DNA of 64,000 bases from Minisyncoccia bacterium (GCA_038212075.1 JBBQUV010000004.1:12317-76316); one strand, 5' to 3'. Shown: positions 25,366-34,270, numbered from the stretch's first letter. Program-made: numbers and translations. Notes: generated by a model from the letters alone, not told the origin.

Positions 25366-26644
25366 ACGTACTCTGAAGGCTCCTGTCGCCGCTCTCCTTG
25401 CCATGCTTGCACATTTTATTGTGCGTAAATATAAACCAACTATTGTGATGGTGACGGGAAGCGTAGGGAAGACATCAACCAAGGATGCGCTTAAGGCCGC
25501 ACTTTCCGAACGATCATTTGTACGTGCAAGTGAAAAAAGCTATAACAGCGAGGTTGGCGTACCGCTCACCATCATTGGCTCTAAAAATCCGTGGACTAAT
25601 CCGTTCTCATGGCTGCGTGTTTTTAAAGAAGCGCTCGCTCTTCTTATCCTTCCAAACCACTATCCTAAAATACTGATTCTTGAAGTGGGCGCTGATCGTC
25701 CCGGTGACCTTGCAAAAATTCTCCATATCGCGCTTCCTCATGCAGTGGTGGTAACGCGTCTTCCTGAAGTGCCGGTGCACGTCGAGGCATACGCTACGCC
25801 AGAGGCTGTGCGTGAAGAAGAATTTGTACCTGCGTATGGGCTTGCGCCAGCGGCACCGCTTGTAGTGAATGCGGAAGACGAATATGCACTTGCGTACGCA
25901 CAACGTCTTCCTGTTGCCATTTCTACATTTGGATTTAAAAAAGGGGCAACGGTAGAGATTTCTCATCCTGAACTTTGGATGGAAGACGGAAACATTGTAG
26001 GAATGCAGGGAACGGTGACCGTTGGTGGGGCGCACGAAACACTGCAAGTACGAGGTGCGCTCGGTCGCACTCAGCTTCTTGCCCCAGCCGCGGCTTTGGC
26101 AACCGCTATTGCACTTGGTTTTTCACTTTCTGAGGCTCTTACCGGTCTTTCTTCATACACACCACCTGCGGGACGTTCTCGTATACTTGCCGGGAAAGAG
26201 GGAAGCATATTGATAGACGATTCATACAATGCTTCGCCCGCGGCGGTTGAAGAAGCACTGCACGCACTGTGTGGCATAAAGGCAAAGCGCCGTATTGCGG
26301 TACTTGGCGACATGCTTGAACTTGGGCGGTATTCGGTACAAGAACACGAACGAGTGGGAACCCTTTCAGCACAGTGTGCCGACGTTCTGGTAACTGTGGG
26401 CATACGCGCTCGAGCTGTTGCGGAAGCGGCACAGAATGCCGGTATGAAAGAAGACGCCGTCCATGTGTGTGAGAATGCTCACACTGCAGGAACGCTCCTC
26501 ACTGAGCTTGTTCATGAGGGTGATATCGTTCTGGTGAAAGGGTCACAGTCGGTGCGCACCGAACGTATTGTAGAGATGCTCTTACGTAATCCAGAAGATA
26601 AGGTAAAACTGGTGCGTCAGGAGCACGAATGGCGCCACCGCTAA
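25349..26644 (+). CDS. murF: Mur ligase family protein, MurF-like (UDP-MurNAc-peptide D-Ala-D-Ala ligase). MurE cannot be excluded.
   Basis: ATP-binding P-loop VTGSVGKTSTKDAL, the Mur ligase central domain, and C-terminal DSYNASP / GDMLELG-type motifs. Follows ftsI. Confidence 0.7.
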   Translation: MIQTTKRTLKAPVAALLAMLAHFIVRKYKPTIVMVTGSVGKTSTKDALKAALSERSFVRASEKSYNSEVGVPLTIIGSKNPWTNPFSWLRVFKEALALLILPNHYPKILILEVGADRPGDLAKILHIALPHAVVVTRLPEVPVHVEAYATPEAVREEEFVPAYGLAPAAPLVVNAEDEYALAYAQRLPVAISTFGFKKGATVEISHPELWMEDGNIVGMQGTVTVGGAHETLQVRGALGRTQLLAPAAALATAIALGFSLSEALTGLSSYTPPAGRSRILAGKEGSILIDDSYNASPAAVEEALHALCGIKAKRRIAVLGDMLELGRYSVQEHERVGTLSAQCADVLVTVGIRARAVAEAAQNAGMKEDAVHVCENAHTAGTLLTELVHEGDIVLVKGSQSVRTERIVEMLLRNPEDKVKLVRQEHEWRHR

Positions 26645-26653
26645 AGCGTTTCT

Positions 26654-27046
26654 TTAGGTTGCTTCGCCTTCTTTTTCAAACGCAAGACACACAGAGTTGA
26701 TGCAGTAGCGTTTTCCACCAGCATTTTTTGGCCCGTCATCAAACACGTGACCAAGGTGGCTGTCGCAGTGTTTACAGAATACCTCGGTACGGTGCATGCC
26801 GTGTGAGTCGTCAGGACGGGTGCCAACATTTTCTGCTACGGCAGGGTCGGTAAACGACGGCCAGCCAGTTCCCGAATCAAACTTTTGCGCAGAAGTGAAG
26901 AGCGTGTTCCCGCACACCTTACAGCGATACATGCCGGATTCGTGATTATCAACATATTCACCAGAAAACGCGGCTTCCGTACCTTTTTCACGCAGTACGG
27001 CATATTCTTCAGGTGTTAATTTTTGCTTCAGTTGTTCTTCATTCAT
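26654..27046 (-). CDS. msrB: Peptide-methionine (R)-S-oxide reductase MsrB.
   Basis: GWPSF, CxxC zinc sites (CKVCGNTLF...CKHCDSHLGHVFDDGP) and RTEV are the SelR/MsrB signature. Confidence 0.9.
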   Translation of the reverse strand: MNEEQLKQKLTPEEYAVLREKGTEAAFSGEYVDNHESGMYRCKVCGNTLFTSAQKFDSGTGWPSFTDPAVAENVGTRPDDSHGMHRTEVFCKHCDSHLGHVFDDGPKNAGGKRYCINSVCLAFEKEGEAT

Positions 27047-27119
27047 AGTGATTGGCGGTATAAAATCTACAATACCACACCTGTTTGCAGTCTCATTTTA
27101 ATCGGGATAGGATAGGGCA

Positions 27120-27599
27120 ATGAAAACCTCTACGCTCTCGGCGACGACACTTTTATTGTCGTTTCTCGGGATTGCTGACGCGTGGTACCTCACGCAAAGC
27201 GCTTACTCCGGAGCATCACTTACCTGTGATATCGCAGGGCTTGATGGCTGTAATATTGTTGCCCAAAGTGTCTATTCCCACCTGTTTGGGTTTCCGCTTG
27301 CGCTCTATGGTGTCTTCTTCTATGCCTTTATTTTCGTCCTTTCAGCGGCGACACTCGGAATCCCCGAAGTATCACGTCGATTGGTGCGTCTCGGACTTTT
27401 CCTTTTTGGTCTCATAGGATGTGTTGCTTCTATACTTTTTGTAGCAATTCAATTGCTGCTTATAAAAGCAATTTGTGTGTATTGTTTTGGATCAGCATTT
27501 CTATCAATTCTTATTTTTTGTGCAGTGGTAGTGATTTGGAAACGAGAACGAAACCGTGTGTTTATGGTATCGCCAGACGTGCCATTTGTGGTATCGTAA
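27120..27599 (+). CDS. Vitamin K epoxide reductase (VKOR) family membrane thiol oxidoreductase.
   Basis: Four TM helices, the conserved S-x-Y-x3-FG-x-P-x-A-x-YG segment (SVYSHLFGFPLALYG), a loop Cys pair (LTCDIAGLDGC) and the CVYC active-site CxxC in the last helix. Confidence 0.7.
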   Translation: MKTSTLSATTLLLSFLGIADAWYLTQSAYSGASLTCDIAGLDGCNIVAQSVYSHLFGFPLALYGVFFYAFIFVLSAATLGIPEVSRRLVRLGLFLFGLIGCVASILFVAIQLLLIKAICVYCFGSAFLSILIFCAVVVIWKRERNRVFMVSPDVPFVVS

Positions 27600-27603
27600 T
27601 CCT

Positions 27604-28755
27604 ATGATGCGAGCCGCACTCTACGCTCTCGCCCTTCTCGCGCTTCCGGTTGGGCTGTATGCCGCAACGGTAGAATCCTCGCGGACGCTTATTGTTTCTG
27701 AAATTCCTCAAGGAAACGCGTATCTTGCAGGCGCTGAGCTTACGGTTACTACGCCTATTACCGGTGATCTTTCAGCCGCAGGAGGTTCGGTGGTAGTGTC
27801 GGCACCCGTGGTAGGAGATGTGTTTATTACCGGAGGCACGATTGATTTACGAAAGCCCATTTCCGGTGATGCTCGTGTTGGTGGTGGAAAAATTCTCATT
27901 GAAGACACGGTCGGCGGCGATTTAGTGGCAGTTGGTGGCTCAGTTACTATGCTCTCCACGCCGTCATTTGTATGGGCCGCCGCTGGAACGATAAATCTAG
28001 AGCATGGTTCTAAGGGTCCGGTCACTCTTTTTGCTGGCACCGCATTTCTTTCTGGTGAATTTACGGGAGACGTTACCATCACCGCTTCTGACCGGATTAC
28101 ACTTGAAAAAGGTACGGTTATTCACGGAAAGCTTTTGTATGATGCGCCCGAGCAATTACAAGTGCCTGACGGCGTTGTCGTGGATGGGGGAGTAACCTAT
28201 ACCGGCACGTCATATTTGCCGACAACGGCACAAGCGCAAACCTTTGCTATTGCCGGCGCTGGTGTCTTTTTTCTTGTGCGTATTCTTGCCGCAGTTATCG
28301 GCGCCGGCTTGTTTGCTGGGCTTTTCCCACGGTTTGCACAGGCGGTGGCTGATCGTGCTCTCTCGTTTTCAGTAAAACGTTTCATTTTACTTACCCTGCT
28401 TGGTTTTGGTGCTCTCGTGGCGACACCCGTACTTATTTTGCTTCTTCTTGTATCTTTTGCCGGCGCCGGCATCGCGTTTGTGCTTATTGCCGCCTACATG
28501 CTTCTCATTCTTCTTGCCTACTTTTATGCCGCAGTTATTGCCGGCGCCGCACTTGCTCGCCACATCGTAAAGCGCGAGACGTTCTTTTGGCGCGACGCCG
28601 TCTTCGGTATGCTAGCTCTCTCTGTTGTTTCTTTGATTCCTGTTATCGGATGGTTTGTTTTCATCATTTTGCTTGCCGCCGCCGCTGGCACCATGCTTTC
28701 TTTGTTCTATCGTTTTGCCTATCCGAGAGACACTGACGTACTTGAAATAGAATAA
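27604..28755 (+). CDS. Membrane protein with signal peptide, a bactofilin-like beta-helix repeat domain (GD/GG repeats) and a C-terminal polytopic segment.
   Basis: Repeated motifs ITGDLSAAGGSVVV / VVGDVFITGGTIDL / ISGDARVGGGKILI / VGGDLVAVGGSVTM, followed by about five hydrophobic helices. Confidence 0.5.
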   Translation: MMRAALYALALLALPVGLYAATVESSRTLIVSEIPQGNAYLAGAELTVTTPITGDLSAAGGSVVVSAPVVGDVFITGGTIDLRKPISGDARVGGGKILIEDTVGGDLVAVGGSVTMLSTPSFVWAAAGTINLEHGSKGPVTLFAGTAFLSGEFTGDVTITASDRITLEKGTVIHGKLLYDAPEQLQVPDGVVVDGGVTYTGTSYLPTTAQAQTFAIAGAGVFFLVRILAAVIGAGLFAGLFPRFAQAVADRALSFSVKRFILLTLLGFGALVATPVLILLLLVSFAGAGIAFVLIAAYMLLILLAYFYAAVIAGAALARHIVKRETFFWRDAVFGMLALSVVSLIPVIGWFVFIILLAAAAGTMLSLFYRFAYPRDTDVLEIE

Positions 28756-28756
28756 T

Positions 28757-29230
28757 ATGGCACTTCCTCAGGTTGGCGCACCTGCGCCTGTATTTACGCT
28801 TCACGATCAAGATGGTGTGGAGCACAGTCTTACGGATTACCGCGGAAAGTGGTTGCTCATATATTTTTACCCGCGCGATAACACCGCCGGCTGTGCTACT
28901 GAAGCTAGTGGCATGCGAGACGAGTTTCAGCATTTTGAAAAGATTGGCGCCACGGTTCTTGGTGTCTCAACCGACTCCGTGAAAAGTCATAAAAAGTTTG
29001 CCGATGCCTATAGACTCCCGTTCACGCTTCTTTCGGACGAGCGTAAAGAGATGGTGAATGCATACGGCGTGTGGAGTGAAAAGAAATTTATGGGTCGTGT
29101 GTATTTAGGCACGGTTCGTACTTCGTTTTTGGTGAATCCGGAAGGAACTATTGTAAAAATATACGAAAAGGTAAAACCAAAGATTCATGCCGGTGAAGTT
29201 ATTGCTGACTTACAGCATCTTGTGAAATAA
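28757..29230 (+). CDS. bcp: Peroxiredoxin Bcp (thiol peroxidase, AhpC/TSA family).
   Basis: APAPVFTLHDQDGVEHSLTDYRGKWLLIYFYPRDNTAGCATEA contains the peroxidatic Cys in the Bcp context. Confidence 0.88.
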   Translation: MALPQVGAPAPVFTLHDQDGVEHSLTDYRGKWLLIYFYPRDNTAGCATEASGMRDEFQHFEKIGATVLGVSTDSVKSHKKFADAYRLPFTLLSDERKEMVNAYGVWSEKKFMGRVYLGTVRTSFLVNPEGTIVKIYEKVKPKIHAGEVIADLQHLVK

Positions 29231-29273
29231 CACTAAGCGCGGTAGCGTACGAGCGAACCAAAGGGGGTCGCCT

Positions 29274-29648
29274 ATGCGCCGTATAGAAATCGCCGCTGAA
29301 GCGTTTCTTCACCTCGCCATACAGGAAGGGAAGAAACGTGGCAACGAAATTGCTTTTCTCAAACGACTAACCCACGCTCTTTCAAGTTATGAACTCAAAG
29401 GAAAAAGCTTTCTAAAGCGACACAAAAAAGGTCAGGCGGCGAAGTTTCTGCTTGATAGCATCTTTCCGCTTCTTGAAGCCATGACTTCTGAGGTGTGGAT
29501 GAGGAAGATGGTACTGCATTCGTTTGCCGAAAAAGTGTTCGGCGTCTACATAACCAAGATTGATTCACGGGTTATGGACGATGAGGACGAATTCAGTCTT
29601 GCTCCTCTTGGGGGCAGACTCATACGAAAGGCCGTTTCATCACAATGA
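29274..29648 (+). CDS. Hypothetical protein (124 aa).
   Basis: ORF with no recognisable motif. Overlaps the downstream nth-like start by 4 nt. Confidence 0.35.
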   Translation: MRRIEIAAEAFLHLAIQEGKKRGNEIAFLKRLTHALSSYELKGKSFLKRHKKGQAAKFLLDSIFPLLEAMTSEVWMRKMVLHSFAEKVFGVYITKIDSRVMDDEDEFSLAPLGGRLIRKAVSSQ

Positions 29649-30346
29649 TGGAACGGCCTTTGTGGTATCCTGCCGCAATGGCTACCGCACGGTTTATAGA
29701 GCGCACGGCGCGCGCAAGGAAACTCGTGGCGTATTTGAAAAAGACATATCCAGCGCCCAAAAGCGAACTTGTTGCGGATACGCCGATGCAGTTTGTTGCG
29801 TCGGTGATGCTTTCGGCACAGTGTACTGATAAAACAGTGAATCGGGTCACTATACCCCTTTGGAAGAAATATAAAACTACAAAAGATTTTGCGCGTGCAA
29901 ATCTTGCAATATTTACCAAAGAGATTTCATCCGTTACGTTTTTTCGCAATAAAGCCAAGGCAATCATTGGAACCGCAAAAGTACTAGAGAAAGAACACAA
30001 CGGGAAGGTGTCAAACACAGAAGCAGAGCTTGTGGCACTCCCCGGCATTGGATACAAGACCGCGCACGTTATTTTGGGTGAACTCTACGGAGTGTGGGAA
30101 GGTATTCCAACCGATACGCACGTGAAGCGTTTTGCAAAACGTTTTGATCTTACGGATAACGAAGATTTAAAAAAGATTTCTAAAGACTTAGAAGCGTTGG
30201 TGTCAAAAAAAGATTGGAAGTACGTAAATAACGGGCTGGTGCTCTACGGACGGTATGTGTGTCCGGCACGTCCACACGAATGTCTCGCGCATCCGCTCAC
30301 CAAACTATGGCCGCAAGCAGTAAAGCGTTGGCCAAAAGTGACCTAG
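29645..30346 (+). CDS. nth: Endonuclease III-like HhH-GPD DNA glycosylase.
   Basis: Helix-hairpin-helix ELVALPGIGYKTAHVIL with the catalytic Lys/Asp region (GIPTDTHVKRF). The C-terminal Cys cluster appears incomplete, with only CPARPHEC. Confidence 0.72.
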   Translation: MMERPLWYPAAMATARFIERTARARKLVAYLKKTYPAPKSELVADTPMQFVASVMLSAQCTDKTVNRVTIPLWKKYKTTKDFARANLAIFTKEISSVTFFRNKAKAIIGTAKVLEKEHNGKVSNTEAELVALPGIGYKTAHVILGELYGVWEGIPTDTHVKRFAKRFDLTDNEDLKKISKDLEALVSKKDWKYVNNGLVLYGRYVCPARPHECLAHPLTKLWPQAVKRWPKVT

Positions 30347-30347
30347 T

Positions 30348-30932
30348 ATGGACTGGCATCTTATCGTCGCGGTTATTTCAGCGTCTCTCTGTTTTGGTTC
30401 TGTTATTCCCTATGTTCGAGATATTTTGTACGGCACAACACGCCCCAATGCGGTTACGTGGTTTTTGTGGCTTTTTATTCAAGCCATAGCCATTGCCGCT
30501 CAAATACACGCAGGAGCATCGTGGTCGCTTGTGATGGTGATCGCCGATGGAGTAACTATTGGGATTGTATTCGTACTTTCTGTCATTGGATATGGGTATA
30601 CATCATATGACCGCACTGATCTTTTCTGCGGCCTCGTCGGTGTGCTGGCTATCGTGCTGTGGGTAGTTACCGGCAATGCACTCGTCGCACTCGTGCTTTC
30701 TGTTGTTGCCGACGGGTGCGCCGCTTTTCCGACACTCCGAAAGGCGTACAAAGATCCGTGGTCGGAAAATCCGACAGGCTGGGCATTTACCACCGTAGCC
30801 GCACTTTTGGCAATTATCTCTACCACTCGTTTTGATACTGCAAATCTACTTTTCCCTGCGTATTTGGCGGTGGTTAACGGACTCACGTTCGCGTTGGCGT
30901 TTGTGGGTAGAAAAACGCATCCTAAGCCATAG
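30348..30932 (+). CDS. Hypothetical polytopic membrane protein (about six TM helices).
   Basis: Hydrophobic profile. No family recognised. Confidence 0.45.
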   Translation: MDWHLIVAVISASLCFGSVIPYVRDILYGTTRPNAVTWFLWLFIQAIAIAAQIHAGASWSLVMVIADGVTIGIVFVLSVIGYGYTSYDRTDLFCGLVGVLAIVLWVVTGNALVALVLSVVADGCAAFPTLRKAYKDPWSENPTGWAFTTVAALLAIISTTRFDTANLLFPAYLAVVNGLTFALAFVGRKTHPKP

Positions 30933-30969
30933 GTTTCCCTCCACACTGAAACGGCGGTACCATAGGAGG

Positions 30970-31665
30970 ATGGAGAAGCAGAGACCGGTAGCGGTATTTG
31001 ATATAGACGGAACAGTGTTTCGTTCCTCGCTCACGCTTGAACTTATTGAACGACTTATTGAAAAAGGTACCTTTCCTATAGAAACCCGCGAAGCCTACGA
31101 AGACGAACGGGAGAAGTGGCTTGATAGAAAAGGCGACTATGAAGCATACGTACGTAAGGTGGTTGATATTTTCTGTAAACAAATAAAAGGAGTTCCTTTT
31201 GAAGCGGTGGCAAACGCCGCCGGAGAAGTTATTGAAGAAAAGAAAGATAGAGTGTATCGCTATACGCGTGATCTTATTATGGAATTAAAAAAGAAGGGCT
31301 ATTTTTTGCTCGCGATTTCACACTCACCAAAGTTTATTGTAGACGGATTTGGATTTGAAGCAGGGTTCGACAAGGTGTACGGCTATTTGTTTGAAACCGG
31401 TCCTTCGGGAAATTTCACGGGCAAGGTTGAAGAAGAGGCTTTAATTCAAAATAAGGCGGCGATTTTTCAGCGTGCAGTACGAAAAGAAAATCTCACACTC
31501 GAAGGTTCTGTTGGGGTGGGGGACACAGAAAGTGACATTACCCTTCTTGAGGCAATTGAGTCCCCGATTGCATTCAATCCAAACCAGAAATTGTACGATC
31601 ACGCTCAAAAAAGAAATTGGAGTATTGTCGTTGAACGAAAGGATGTCATCTACGAAATCAAATAA
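30970..31665 (+). CDS. HAD-superfamily hydrolase (HAD-IB / phosphoserine-phosphatase-like).
   Basis: VAVFDIDGTVFRSS (DxDGT motif I), a later SHSPKF region, and GVGDTESDITLLEA (motif IV GDxxxD). RBS ATAGGAGGA precedes the ATG at 30970. Confidence 0.75.
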   Translation: MEKQRPVAVFDIDGTVFRSSLTLELIERLIEKGTFPIETREAYEDEREKWLDRKGDYEAYVRKVVDIFCKQIKGVPFEAVANAAGEVIEEKKDRVYRYTRDLIMELKKKGYFLLAISHSPKFIVDGFGFEAGFDKVYGYLFETGPSGNFTGKVEEEALIQNKAAIFQRAVRKENLTLEGSVGVGDTESDITLLEAIESPIAFNPNQKLYDHAQKRNWSIVVERKDVIYEIK

Positions 31666-32470
31666 GGTAGTTACCTTTCATAAGGCGGTGTGGAGTTACT
31701 ACCGTACTCATGGACGAAACGCACTTCCTTGGAGAAAAACACGCAACCCCTATCTTATTTTAGTTTCAGAAATCATGCTCCAGCAAACGCAGGTGGAGCG
31801 AGTCGTTCCGTATTACACAAAATTTGTTACAGAATTTCCAAACGTAGAAACCCTTGCACGCGCGCCTTTGGCGCGCGTGCTTACGGTATGGCAAGGCCTT
31901 GGATACAATCGTCGCGCCAAAATGCTTCATGAAGCGGCAAAACAAATAGTAGGTGAGTATCAGGGCACATTTCCAAAACAAATTGAACAGCTTGAATCGC
32001 TTCGTGGCGTTGGACCCTACACTGCGCGCGCTGTCGCCGCCTTTGCGTATAACAACGATGTGATTTTTATTGAAACAAATATCCGCACCGTCGTGATACA
32101 CCATTTTTTCCCAAAGAAAGAAAAAGTGAGTGATGCGGACATTGAGAAGATACTTGTCCGTACTTTTCCAAAAGGAAAAGCACGAGAATGGTATTCGGCA
32201 CTTATGGATTATGGTGCATATTTGAAACGATCTGGCGTCCGGACAAACACGCGCGTAAAGGGGTATGCGAAACAATCAACCTTCAAAGGCTCAGTTCGTG
32301 AAGCGCGCGGCGCAATACTTCGCGCACTCCATAAAAAACCTCAAACCATTACATCTCTTCTATCGCTTCTGGGGGAGGAACGTGTGATTCAAATGCAAAT
32401 GGCGACACAGCGTTTATTGCAGGAAGGATTGCTTCAAAGGTCTCGAGGGCTTTACCATCTTCCGGAGTAA
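31643..32470 (+). CDS. HhH-GPD base-excision glycosylase, MutY/Nth-like, without an obvious FeS Cys cluster or NUDIX-like C-terminal domain.
   Basis: ALPWRKTRNPYLILVSEIMLQQTQVERVVPYYTKF...LARAPLARVLTVWQGLGYNRRAKMLHEAAK is the MutY-type N-terminal signature. HhH LESLRGVGPYTARAV. Confidence 0.68.
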   Translation: MSSTKSNKVVTFHKAVWSYYRTHGRNALPWRKTRNPYLILVSEIMLQQTQVERVVPYYTKFVTEFPNVETLARAPLARVLTVWQGLGYNRRAKMLHEAAKQIVGEYQGTFPKQIEQLESLRGVGPYTARAVAAFAYNNDVIFIETNIRTVVIHHFFPKKEKVSDADIEKILVRTFPKGKAREWYSALMDYGAYLKRSGVRTNTRVKGYAKQSTFKGSVREARGAILRALHKKPQTITSLLSLLGEERVIQMQMATQRLLQEGLLQRSRGLYHLPE

Positions 32471-33623
32471 TTTCTTTAAGTCCAATGGTTACTGCAACGC
32501 CGCAGAACAGAATAGCGCCGCCCGTGATAATGAAGAGCCAGAAATATCCACCCGTCGCAAGCAAAATACTGCCAATGAGTGGTGCAAAAAGTGCCGCAAG
32601 CGGGCGCATCATACGGAAAAGGCTTACGGTGTCGGTGTCAGACTCTGAAACACGACGGAAAAAGTGGCCTTCAGTCATTGATTCAACCAGCGCCGCGCCA
32701 ACACGGGTCGCAATCAATACGGCAACGACAACAAAAATGAGTGAATTTGACGTAAGTAATCCCACAACGGCAAATGATGCTCCGGTAATAATAAATCCAG
32801 CGACAAGAAGTGCCTTATCACCAAGCCAACGATCTGCCGCGACGCCTGCAGGGTATTCAAGAAGCACAAAAGGAAGCAGCATTGCGGCAAACATCCATCC
32901 AAGTGATGACCAAGGAATATGGAGTGCGTTATGCAAATAGAGCGGGATAAAGAGCGGTGCTAAGTGGTAGAAAAATTGAAGAATCGCGTTTGCAAAAATG
33001 ATGGAATACAAATCACGGCTTTTTTGGATGCACACCCATGTTTTATGAAAGTTTGACGGACGCGGTGGTTTGCCTTCAGGAAATTTTTGAATGGTAAAAA
33101 GCACGATGAATGGTAGAAGCGAAAGTGCGGCGGCAAAAAAGACGCGATAGTACGCGTCAGTGGAATCAAGCAGAAACCCGACCGTAAGGGGTGCAAGAAT
33201 AAGTGCGGCGTTGCCGGCCGTAAGAAATGCGGTGCGCACACGTCCGGTCATAGATTCTTCGCTATGGGCAACTGTCGCTTCAAGCAAAATATCCAGACCG
33301 TAGGCAATAAGGGGGGATATGGCACAGGCAAGTGCCGCAAAGATAATGGCAAGTACGGGGAGCGGGTTCACCGCAAGAAGAACAAGAACAATAGCTTCCG
33401 CAATGCCAAAGAAAAGGGCAAGACGTCGTGGGCCATAGCGGGCAACAAGACGGGATACGGAAGGGAAGATGCTGAGCGTGGCGAGTGCGCCGGCAGAAAT
33501 AACAAGTCCTGTTTCTTCCGCCGGCATAAATGTGGTCAGATACGGTGCCAGAATGAAAATAATGAGGTAGAAATGGGCGACTGAAAAAAAGTTTCCAAAA
33601 GCCAATAAACCACGGGGACGCAT
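32349..33623 (-). CDS. Major facilitator superfamily transporter.
   Basis: Twelve predicted TM helices with MFS-like loop motifs (RYGPRRLALFF, DRWLGDKALLVAG). The 3' end overlaps the convergent glycosylase gene by about 120 nt. Confidence 0.72.
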   Translation of the reverse strand: MRPRGLLAFGNFFSVAHFYLIIFILAPYLTTFMPAEETGLVISAGALATLSIFPSVSRLVARYGPRRLALFFGIAEAIVLVLLAVNPLPVLAIIFAALACAISPLIAYGLDILLEATVAHSEESMTGRVRTAFLTAGNAALILAPLTVGFLLDSTDAYYRVFFAAALSLLPFIVLFTIQKFPEGKPPRPSNFHKTWVCIQKSRDLYSIIFANAILQFFYHLAPLFIPLYLHNALHIPWSSLGWMFAAMLLPFVLLEYPAGVAADRWLGDKALLVAGFIITGASFAVVGLLTSNSLIFVVVAVLIATRVGAALVESMTEGHFFRRVSESDTDTVSLFRMMRPLAALFAPLIGSILLATGGYFWLFIITGGAILFCGVAVTIGLKEITPEDGKALETFEAILPAINAVSPFAFESHVPPPEAIEEM

Positions 33624-33642
33624 GATGTACGAATTGTAACAT

Positions 33643-33750
33643 CAGAACTCGTTTTCAAAATCTGCTCCCGCAGGAACGCAACCGCCAAAGACTAAACTCC
33701 GGTCTCTCTTTGGCGGTTGCGTGCCAAGCGGATTTTTAAAACGAGTTCTG
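33643..33750. repeat. 108-nt nested inverted-repeat element: a 23-bp outer arm pair enclosing a perfect 15-bp inner hairpin. Candidate structured RNA or MITE-like element.
   Basis: Outer arms cagaactcgttttcaaaatctgc (33643-33665) and gcggatttttaaaacgagttctg (33728-33750), with 21/23 complementary. Inner arms cgcaaccgccaaaga (33677-33691) and tctttggcggttgcg (33707-33721). Confidence 0.55.
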
Positions 33751-33761
33751 GATAAAACGAA

Positions 33762-33809
33762 AGCCGCCCGATTGGAAACGGACGACTTCGTCAGTTTCCG
33801 CCGTGGCGG
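33762..33809 (-). terminator. Rho-independent terminator of the 33810-34175 minus-strand gene.
   Basis: Nested hairpins agccgcc...ggcggct and gacga-ct-tcgtc, followed on the minus-strand RNA by UUUCGUUUUAUCC. Confidence 0.5.
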
Positions 33810-34175
33810 CTAAAGGTCTTCGGGGGCAACATAGTCAGTGAAGACGAACTCAACGCCGAAACCAAACCGCTTCAGGCGCTGTTTGAAATCTTCCTTCCTT
33901 GTGGAAAGAAAGTGTTCGCCTCCAAGGACACGGAAGAACGGATCGCGCTCTCCCTTCAGATTGCGCACGTCGTCAGCAGTTGTCGTGATGACCACGTGTT
34001 TGGCATACGGGGCGTCGTTAAAGACTTCCGCCAGCTCTGTACGAATGAGCACCATCGCCTTCTCGAGCACCTCGACATCTTTGACGAGGCCAGTATGGAA
34101 TGGTGACGTGGAGACACTGACGTAGGCTTCTGCCGCTTGTGCGTCAGTCATTCCATGCACTTCAATGTTGGGCAT
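33810..34175 (-). CDS. Hypothetical protein. Possible tautomerase-superfamily-like fold (N-terminal Met-Pro).
   Basis: Starts MPNIEVHGM... with the RBS AAGGAGGTG 6 nt upstream of the ATG at 34175. The MP-x-I-x-V N-terminus is reminiscent of 4-OT/MIF tautomerases, but the similarity is weak. Confidence 0.4.
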   Translation of the reverse strand: MPNIEVHGMTDAQAAEAYVSVSTSPFHTGLVKDVEVLEKAMVLIRTELAEVFNDAPYAKHVVITTTADDVRNLKGERDPFFRVLGGEHFLSTRKEDFKQRLKRFGFGVEFVFTDYVAPEDL

Positions 34176-34235
34176 TTCTGCCACCTCCTTGGTAAGAACA
34201 AAGCGTGATTGTTACACATATGTATATAGTAGTCA

Positions 34236-34270
34236 AAAACACCGCCGCCCGTACGGGCGGCGGTGTTTTT
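34236..34270. terminator. Bidirectional terminator downstream of RNase J (-).
   Basis: aaaaacaccgccgcccg, loop tac, gggcggcggtgttttt. A perfect 12-bp GC-rich stem flanked by A5 and T5. Confidence 0.65.

Noticed and set aside
33643-33750. Considered 6S RNA (SsrS) for the long nested hairpin.
   Set aside because: At about 108 nt it is much shorter than typical 6S RNAs (about 180 nt). It lacks an obvious large central bubble flanked by long closing and terminal stems. I kept it as a generic structured element or MITE-like repeat instead.
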